A DNA stretch of 64,000 nt, taken from the sequence record OQ411014.1; one strand, written 5' to 3'. The position numbers and the translations under genes are program-made. This document shows positions 54,256-61,338 of the stretch, piece by piece. The notes beneath the pieces were generated by a model that had not been told where the DNA came from, made no database searches, and saw only the letters and a program-made list of their open reading frames with translations. Within the stretch, counting starts at the first letter, position 1; every line of letters starts with the position of its first letter.

Positions 54256-55371
54256 ATGTCGAAATTAGATAAGTTTCTAAACGAATCTAGTCTTTCTGAT
54301 GAGGCTAAAGCACTTATCCAGGAAGCATGGAATGAAGAAAAAGCTATTGTAGCTGCCGAAATGCGTGAAGAAATGAAAGGACGTTACCAAGAAGATTTAG
54401 GTCGCTTAACTGAAGGTCTAAATACAATGATGACTGGTGTCATCAACGAAGAAATGAAAACCGTATATGATGAACGTAAACGTCTATCAGAAGATCGTGT
54501 TACTCTTCGTAAAACCCTTGGCAACTTTTCACAATTTGCAAACGGTGTGCTAGCTGAAGAAGTTAAAGGTATGCGTACTGAACGTATCCAAGTTCAAGAA
54601 AGTCTAGACAAGTTCATCGGTTTTAGTAATAAAATCCTAGCTGAAGAACTAAAAGACTTCCATACAGAAAAAACCCAACTAGTTGAAGCACGCGTTAAAC
54701 TAATCGCTGAAGGTCATAAGCAAATTGCTGAAGCCCGTCAGAACTTTGTAAAACGTGCCGCTGAATCCGCTGCTGTTTATATCGCAGAAACCACTCACAA
54801 AAATCTATCGTCTCTTAAAGATGATCTTCGTGAAGCTAAACAAAATATGTTTGGTCGTAAAATTTTCGAAGCGTTTGCGAATGAGTTCCACAATAAACAA
54901 TATAGCGAAAATTCAATTCTACGTCAGTTGACCGAATCTGTGAAACAACATGAAAGCGAAGTGATGGATATGAAGGTCGCTCTTCAAGAATCCAAACAAG
55001 TAGCTGCTGATGCACAACGTAAGATGCGTATCATGGAAGATACTCAAGCTCGTGCAGCAATCATGTCTGAACTGGTTAAGCCTCTTAACCCACAGCAAAA
55101 ACAAATTATGGAATCACTACTTCAAACTTCCCCTACTGCGAAGCTAAAAGACGATTTCAACAAGTATCATAAATCTGTACTGAAAGGTACACTAAATGAG
55201 TCTGCTGCAAAAGGCCGCCCAGCAGTTGATAATAAGGCAAACAAACAAACTCTAGCTGAAGGTAAAGTTATTACCGGAAATCGAGCAGCGATTGTTGAAA
55301 ATGAAATGGACAGTACTGATATGGCGTTCCTCAAAGAAATCGAACACCTTGCAGGAATGACCAAAAAATAA
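54256..55371 (+). CDS. gp22: Prohead core scaffolding protein, T4 gp22-like
   Basis: Start at ATG 54256 (RBS aaggag); long coiled coil; FGRKIFEAFANEF; lies between gp21 and gp23. Confidence 0.8.
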   Translation: MSKLDKFLNESSLSDEAKALIQEAWNEEKAIVAAEMREEMKGRYQEDLGRLTEGLNTMMTGVINEEMKTVYDERKRLSEDRVTLRKTLGNFSQFANGVLAEEVKGMRTERIQVQESLDKFIGFSNKILAEELKDFHTEKTQLVEARVKLIAEGHKQIAEARQNFVKRAAESAAVYIAETTHKNLSSLKDDLREAKQNMFGRKIFEAFANEFHNKQYSENSILRQLTESVKQHESEVMDMKVALQESKQVAADAQRKMRIMEDTQARAAIMSELVKPLNPQQKQIMESLLQTSPTAKLKDDFNKYHKSVLKGTLNESAAKGRPAVDNKANKQTLAEGKVITGNRAAIVENEMDSTDMAFLKEIEHLAGMTKK

Positions 55372-55454
55372 TTATTTTATAAAGCTAATCTTTTTCAGTG
55401 ATAAATAATAACATACTGAAAAGCGAAATAAACCATCTTTTAAGGAGATATAAA

Positions 55455-56630
55455 ATGTCACAACTATTAACTGAATCTAAATGGGCACAAGTTAAGAGCA
55501 AACTAACCGAAGGTCTAAAAGACAACCGTAAACTAGTAATGGAATCTGTTCTAGAAAACCATCGTAAAGTAATGCTAAACGAAAACGCTTCTGGCGGTGC
55601 AACTTCTGCTGGTAACATTGCTACCCTAAACAAAGTAATTCTACCAATCATGCGTCGTGTAATGCCAACCGTTATCGCTAACGAAATCATCGGTGTTCAA
55701 CCAATGTCTGGCCCAGTTGGTCAAATCCATACCCTACGTGTTCAATATGCTGATAACGCACCAGGCGTTGTAGCTGGTGAAGAAATGCTATCCCCATACA
55801 AAATCGCTAAGTCCTATACTGGTGATGTGAATGGCGATAACGAAAATCCACGTGCTGCTCCTACTAGTCAACTAGAAGGTACTATGGGTCGTCGCGTTAA
55901 CATCCGTATCCTACGTGAAACCGTTGAAGCGAAATCTCGTCGTCTATCCGCTCGTTGGACTGTTGAATCTGCACAAGATGCACAATCTCAACACGGTATC
56001 GATATCGAAGCTGAACTAATGGCTGCTATCGCTCAAGAAGTTACTACTGAAATCGACCAAGAGCTACTACACAAACTACGTGCTCTACCTGGTGCTGCTG
56101 CTGTAACTTATGACCAATCCAAAGTTACTGGTGTTGCTACTTTCGTTGGTGATGAACATGCTGCTCTAGCTACTCTAATCAACCGTCAAGCGAACGAAGT
56201 TGCTCGTCGTACCAAACGTGGTGCTGCAAACTGGGCTGTTGTTTCCCCAACCGCACTAACCATTCTACAGTCTGCAACTACTTCTAGCTTTGCTCGTACC
56301 ACCGAAGGTACTTTCGAAGCACCAACTAACGTTAAGTTTGTTGGCGTACTAAACAGTACTATGCGTATCTATGTTGATACCTATGCAGATGACAGTACTG
56401 ATGTACTAATCGGTTACAAAGGTAATGCTGAAACTGATGCTGGCGTGTTCTACTGCCCGTACATCCCACTAATGGCTTCCGGTACTGTAATGGACCCTAA
56501 CACTGGGGAACTCGTAACAACATTCTTAACCAGATATGGCTACGTACAGTTGACCGACAGTACCAGTTCTCTTGGTAACGCGGCTGACTACTACAGCAAA
56601 ATTGCTATCCGCAACGTAACCTTCATGTAA
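55455..56630 (+). CDS. gp23: Major capsid protein, T4 gp23-like
   Basis: Start at ATG 55455 (RBS taaggag); ILPIMRRVMP..IANEIIGVQPMSGPVGQI, KSRRLSARWTVESAQD, EIDQE and FYCPYIPL...RYG; strong codon bias. Confidence 0.96.
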   Translation: MSQLLTESKWAQVKSKLTEGLKDNRKLVMESVLENHRKVMLNENASGGATSAGNIATLNKVILPIMRRVMPTVIANEIIGVQPMSGPVGQIHTLRVQYADNAPGVVAGEEMLSPYKIAKSYTGDVNGDNENPRAAPTSQLEGTMGRRVNIRILRETVEAKSRRLSARWTVESAQDAQSQHGIDIEAELMAAIAQEVTTEIDQELLHKLRALPGAAAVTYDQSKVTGVATFVGDEHAALATLINRQANEVARRTKRGAANWAVVSPTALTILQSATTSSFARTTEGTFEAPTNVKFVGVLNSTMRIYVDTYADDSTDVLIGYKGNAETDAGVFYCPYIPLMASGTVMDPNTGELVTTFLTRYGYVQLTDSTSSLGNAADYYSKIAIRNVTFM

Positions 56631-56646
56631 TATGTTTTAAAACCTT

Positions 56647-56678
56647 AAAAGGGACTCTTGACGAGTCCCTTTTCTTTT
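56647..56678 (+). terminator. Terminator after the major capsid gene
   Basis: aaaagggactc-ttgac-gagtcccttttctttt. Confidence 0.9.
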
Positions 56679-56728
56679 ATTATAATCACACGTATACAAA
56701 GAAACCCCAACTGAAGAGAATTAAAAAA

Positions 56729-57823
56729 ATGCCTAAATCATCAATGACTCAACAAGAATTCGAAACTAAAATGACCGAGAAGTATGGTAAAGTAGATTTC
56801 AGTACTATGACGTTTAAGTTGAGTAAAACTACAATCAATTGTCCTAAGTGTGGAAACGCAAATACCAAATCTGCAATCCGACACATTGAATGTACTTGTG
56901 CAAACTGTTTTTCCAATATGTCACAACGTTCTAGTAATGAAATTTTCATCGAAAAAGTAGAAAACAAATTCGGAGCAGGTAAGTTCAAATTCGACAAACT
57001 AAATTATCATAACGCCAAAACTCCGGTTGAATTGTTCTGCACTGAACATAATGCATATTTCACCATTGTCCCAAATAAAATGCTCACTGGACATGGTTGT
57101 AATGTATGTAATAAAAATGAAGCACATACTACTGAAAGTTTCATTACAATTGCGAAAAAGAATTATGGCACTACCACGTTTGACTTCACTAATACAGTGT
57201 ATGTTAACCGCCAAACTAAAGTATCAATCCATTGTAACGAAGGTAATCACGAATGGTTAGTTAACCCAGCAACTATAATCGCCGGAATAAACCAATGTGG
57301 TGTCTGTAAACGCAAATCTGGTATGACAACGGAACGTTTTATTAGTGATGCAAACTCTGTACATGATAATGCATACACATATGAGAACACTGTTTATAAA
57401 AGAAGTGAATGTGTCGTAGATATCACATGTCCAAAGCATGGAAACTTTACACAATCACCAAAGTCACACCTTCGTGGTCGTGGATGTCCAAAGTGTGGTA
57501 AGTATGGTTATCAACAAACACAGCCAGGTTACTTCTATATTCAGAAGTTGACGAATGAGAACAAAACTGTGTATAAGTACGGAATCACTGGTGACATGAA
57601 ACGTCGCGTCCAAGAACAATCCCGTGATTCTGTATTTGAACACGAAGTGCTTGTTGAAATGTACTTTGAAGACGGAAAGAAACCAATGGCATTAGAATCA
57701 CTGTTGAAGAACTATATTGAGAGTGGAGTCACCAGTACTGAAGAATTGCCATCAGGATTTTCGGAAACCTTTGATGAGAAGTACTTAGATGAAGTACTAT
57801 CCATAGTAAATAACTTTAGGTAA
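56729..57823 (+). mobile_element. Free-standing putative homing endonuclease (Cys-rich DUF723-like repeats plus C-terminal GIY-YIG-like domain)
   Basis: 364 aa with repeated FDF..T.Y...K..V.I.C..H..F...P...L.G.GC..C units, then GYFYIQKL...YKYGIT..MKRRVQE. Confidence 0.75.
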
Positions 57824-57843
57824 TAACAGAAGGACAAGAATTC

Positions 57844-58236
57844 ATGGATGAAAACACAATAGTAACGGTATATCGATTCGGAAAGGAAGTTTACCTAAAG
57901 AACAGTACTGGAAACTTTGAATCTCTCATTGAAGGATACCCATTAGTAGCATATAATGCAGATACAGAAGAGCTATACCAGTATCAGGATGCACATAGAT
58001 ACAGTAAAGGTAGTTTTGTGCAGGATATGCTACAGATTGACGGCACTGAGATGAGTTATAAGATGTACTTAGACGTCTACAAGGCTGAAATGAACAAGAA
58101 ACACATCTCTGCACCAGTACTGGCAGAGATTTACGAAAATCAACACCAAAATCCGCACTTAACTGATGATTTGAAGCCAGTTAATGCGTTTGACAAGCTA
58201 AGTAAGCTCGGATTGAACTTCAAAATCAGTAGATAA
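57844..58236 (+). CDS. Hypothetical protein
   Basis: 130 aa ORF with RBS aagga; no motif recognised. Confidence 0.55.
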   Translation: MDENTIVTVYRFGKEVYLKNSTGNFESLIEGYPLVAYNADTEELYQYQDAHRYSKGSFVQDMLQIDGTEMSYKMYLDVYKAEMNKKHISAPVLAEIYENQHQNPHLTDDLKPVNAFDKLSKLGLNFKISR

Positions 58237-58276
58237 ATAATCCCAGAGTACAATTCAGTACTATGGGAGAGATTAA

Positions 58277-58582
58277 ATGCAAATATGTTACGTAATCACC
58301 AATAAAGCATGGCCTGAGTGGGTAAAAATTGGATTCACATCTAAATCAGAGATGAAATCCAGACTAAGTACATACCAGACGGGTTCACCATTTAGAGATT
58401 ATGAAGTATATCATGAAGTACTATTTGATGATGCGAAATCCGCTGAAAAAGAAGTACATAAGCGTTTAAAACAAATGAATGCAACTAGATCACCAGGGAC
58501 TGAGTGGTTTAAAATGAGTAAAAAAATAGCAGCCAATATGATTGATTCAGTTCTAGATGATATAGAGAACGACTTGCTATAA
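58277..58582 (+). CDS. T5orf172/MUG113-like (GIY-YIG superfamily) single-domain protein
   Basis: ICYVITN...WVKIGFT...RLSTYQTGSP.RDY...AEKEVHKRL...EWF. Confidence 0.8.
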   Translation: MQICYVITNKAWPEWVKIGFTSKSEMKSRLSTYQTGSPFRDYEVYHEVLFDDAKSAEKEVHKRLKQMNATRSPGTEWFKMSKKIAANMIDSVLDDIENDLL

Positions 58583-58585
58583 ATA
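58578..58585 (+). promoter_or_regulatory. T4-type late promoter TATAAATA
   Basis: Exact consensus ~40 nt upstream of the tail fibre gene. Confidence 0.75.
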
Positions 58586-58622
58586 TCAATATATTGACAT
58601 ACGATAAAAAGGATTTTATAAT

Positions 58623-60332
58623 ATGAGTATTAGTTTTAACCATCCTTCCAACATTGTAACGAGTACGAGTACTCTTGAGATTACAGCATTGGGTGGAACA
58701 GCTAGTAATCCTAAACCAATACGTTTGAATGCATCATCGTTGATTGTTCCGGTTAAACCTCTTCCAGCAGGTGAAATGGGTGCATTAGTATTCGACAATT
58801 CAACCCATACTATGAAGTATCATGACGGTACTAGTTGGGTAGAACTATTGGCTAAAGATGTAATACTACAACCAATCATTAATGATATTGCAACCATTAA
58901 TACTAAATTAGGAACTAAAGTAGATAGTGTTACTTACTCATCTAGTGCCATCCCAAGTGCATCTGTGAGTGGTACAACATTAAACATTATCTTCCCAACT
59001 GGTAGTACTGGCGGTACTGGCCCAACAGGGTTGTATACTTCCCTTAAACCTGGTACAATAACCCACTATGCATTAACATCAGGTCAAAACGCAGCATCTA
59101 TTCGTGAACAGATGTCTGGTGTTTCCGGTGGTCAATCAGGCCGCAACGGAACTTCAGGATCTCCATACAAAACTTCCGATGGTTGGTGTTTCGCTGATGG
59201 ATTATACTGGACATGGGCTGGTGAAAATGGTACAGTAACAAAACAGGTTCCGAACTTAAACCAAGATGCTTATTTGAAACCAATGACTGTTTCTGGTGTA
59301 ACACAAATCGCATCTGTTATTGCTGGTTCAGCACAAATTGGTCAAACTGCATTATCTATTGCTCAATTGCCACCACACAGCTTCACTGTGAGTGGACAAA
59401 CAAGCACAGCGGGTGAGCACATCCACTCCCAACAACTTAGAGGTAATGACCGTTCAGGACACACTGCAATCACTTCTTCTGCTGATGCAGGTATCCCAAC
59501 AGTAATTACTAACGTTAACGCTGCTGGTAATCACATCCATACATTCTCTGGTTCATCCAATACTATTGGTTCTGGTCAGGGTCATGGACATACAATTTCA
59601 AATATTGATGTTAACCACTTTACTGTTGCTGTTTTATATAACATCGCAGAAGGTTCAGTTGCATTGAGTGAGAAAGTTGCAAGTACTAAGTACGTACTGA
59701 AAGCTGGAGACGTAATGACTGGTTCACTTACTATTGCCAACGCATCAATTCTTCGTGGTGATGACGCTTCTCTAGTCCAGTACTTCAGATATGCAAACAA
59801 CACAGAACGTGCAGCAATTTATCATTCATCTTCTAACAACACATTACGTTTACGTAGTAGTGGTGGCACAGAAGTAACGATTGCCAATAACGGTACTTTG
59901 TTCGCTAGTGCATTAACAGGTTCGTCTGGTAACATCAGCGGTACTTTAACAGCTAGTACTATTAGTGCAACTAACGGTACTTTCAGCGGTACTTTAACTG
60001 TTAACTATACCAATACATCTTCATTGAACGTAACAAGTCAATCTGCTGTAGTTGGTGGTAAGAACATTGTTCGCTCCATTAACGGTACTGGTGCTGATGG
60101 AAACGGTAACGTAACACTAACTCTAGGTGCTATCCAAAATATTAAACTTGGGCCACGCCGCCAAACTCCAAAAATGAAAGATGCTTCTTGGACGCATGTC
60201 GAAGCAGGTGGTTTATTGGATGGTGCTTGGATTTCTGTCAACGGTAGTTCAGGAACACACTTAGAAAGATTGAGTTATAGAATGGTTTCTGTTATGGTTA
60301 ACGGCGTATGGAAAACAATTGACGTTGAATAA
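58623..60332 (+). CDS. Tail fibre protein
   Basis: 569 aa: collar-like GWCFADG...VPNL, His-rich metal-binding repeats (HSFTVSG, GEHIH, GNHIH, GHGH), YVLKAGDVMTGSL, and tip IVRSING...VNGVWKTI; followed by a Tfa gene. Confidence 0.8.
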   Translation: MSISFNHPSNIVTSTSTLEITALGGTASNPKPIRLNASSLIVPVKPLPAGEMGALVFDNSTHTMKYHDGTSWVELLAKDVILQPIINDIATINTKLGTKVDSVTYSSSAIPSASVSGTTLNIIFPTGSTGGTGPTGLYTSLKPGTITHYALTSGQNAASIREQMSGVSGGQSGRNGTSGSPYKTSDGWCFADGLYWTWAGENGTVTKQVPNLNQDAYLKPMTVSGVTQIASVIAGSAQIGQTALSIAQLPPHSFTVSGQTSTAGEHIHSQQLRGNDRSGHTAITSSADAGIPTVITNVNAAGNHIHTFSGSSNTIGSGQGHGHTISNIDVNHFTVAVLYNIAEGSVALSEKVASTKYVLKAGDVMTGSLTIANASILRGDDASLVQYFRYANNTERAAIYHSSSNNTLRLRSSGGTEVTIANNGTLFASALTGSSGNISGTLTASTISATNGTFSGTLTVNYTNTSSLNVTSQSAVVGGKNIVRSINGTGADGNGNVTLTLGAIQNIKLGPRRQTPKMKDASWTHVEAGGLLDGAWISVNGSSGTHLERLSYRMVSVMVNGVWKTIDVE

Positions 60333-60347
60333 TAATAGGAATATAGT

Positions 60348-60860
60348 ATGCTTAATCTGAAAAATTTCAAAAAGTACAAACCGGAAGGTATCATTGACGG
60401 TTTTATGTATCTTATATCAGAAGATGGGTTAGATTGGTATGAGGCACGTGAAATGTTCCAAGAAGATACAGTGAAGATTTTGTATGAGAATGACGGCACT
60501 ATTGTATGTGCCGACTACACGGCACTATTCATGCCCCCATTAGATTGTAGTATTGCTGAAATATACTATGACGGAAACTTGAATGATTTGTATGGGATGG
60601 TTTTCGATGGTGAAAAAGTAGTACCATACGATGAACCAAACTCTGAACGGATTGAGCGTTTAAAATCTGAGCAAAAGAATCTTAAAGTATCTGCAATCAA
60701 CGAACTGAATAACTTAAAAATGGCAATCGACCTTGATGTAGCAACCGAAGATGAAAAGAAACTCTTCCCAGTACTGAAGAGTTACATCATGAAACTATCC
60801 ACTTTCACTGATGATGATTTCACTGATAAACTGTTTGAATTTCCAGTTAAACCAGTTTAA
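60348..60860 (+). CDS. tfa: Tail fibre assembly chaperone (Tfa / Caudo_TAP-like)
   Basis: LKNFKKYKP...YLISEDGLDWYE...LKMAIDLDVATEDEK...LKSYIMKL...FPVKPV. Confidence 0.8.
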   Translation: MLNLKNFKKYKPEGIIDGFMYLISEDGLDWYEAREMFQEDTVKILYENDGTIVCADYTALFMPPLDCSIAEIYYDGNLNDLYGMVFDGEKVVPYDEPNSERIERLKSEQKNLKVSAINELNNLKMAIDLDVATEDEKKLFPVLKSYIMKLSTFTDDDFTDKLFEFPVKPV

Positions 60861-60869
60861 CAAAAAAAT

Positions 60870-60899
60870 ATGAGACAAATCGAAAACGTCTGATATAAT
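60870..60899 (+). promoter_or_regulatory. Early/middle sigma70-like promoter of dsbA and DNA polymerase
   Basis: ATGAGACAA-N-TGATATAAT, 18-nt spacer. Confidence 0.75.
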
Positions 60900-60956
60900 A
60901 GAGTCATCTGACATGGTGTTAGATGACTTTTCTAAAATCCAAATGGAGAAAACATA

Positions 60957-61256
60957 ATGGCTAAGAAACTCGAAAACAAAGTTGAACTACACGATCTAAA
61001 CGATGAACAACGTAAACGTCTAGGTGACGGCTTGACAAATGCTGTAGTTCAGCTAACATACCATAAGAGTGTAAAAGAGTCTTACAAAGAGTTTATCAAC
61101 AGCCTAGCTGATGAACTTGGTATTGATGCTGGAACTATTCGTGCAGCAGCAGCCCGTATGGAAAAAGGTGATTTCTTCGAGAAGGTTCGTAAGCAAGATG
61201 AAATCGAAACTATGCTACAAATCACTGGTAATCTACCAGCAGAAGATGACGAGTAA
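60957..61256 (+). CDS. dsbA: Small dsDNA-binding protein, T4 DsbA-like
   Basis: 99 aa; YKEFINSLADELGIDAG...RMEKGDF...DEIETM parallels the DsbA helical pattern; RBS ggag. Confidence 0.55.
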   Translation: MAKKLENKVELHDLNDEQRKRLGDGLTNAVVQLTYHKSVKESYKEFINSLADELGIDAGTIRAAAARMEKGDFFEKVRKQDEIETMLQITGNLPAEDDE

Positions 61257-61270
61257 TAACAAGTAACTAT

Positions 61271-61300
61271 AAGCCTCCAAATGATTGGGGGCTTTTATTT
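61271..61300 (+). terminator. Terminator-like hairpin between dsbA and DNA polymerase
   Basis: aagcctccaa-atga-ttgggggctt-ttatttt. Confidence 0.7.
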
Positions 61301-61338
61301 TGCATTAAGTTTATCGTTTATTTTATAAGGAGATAAGT

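Noticed and set aside
463-55454. Upstream-extended starts in the ORF track (463, 18492, 30908, 34480, 38196, 41570, 52644, 54217, 55398)
   Set aside because: Downstream ATGs (517, 18435, 30887, 34426, 38157, 41546, 52656, 54256, 55455) have better RBS or coupling, and the extensions overlap promoters or upstream genes.
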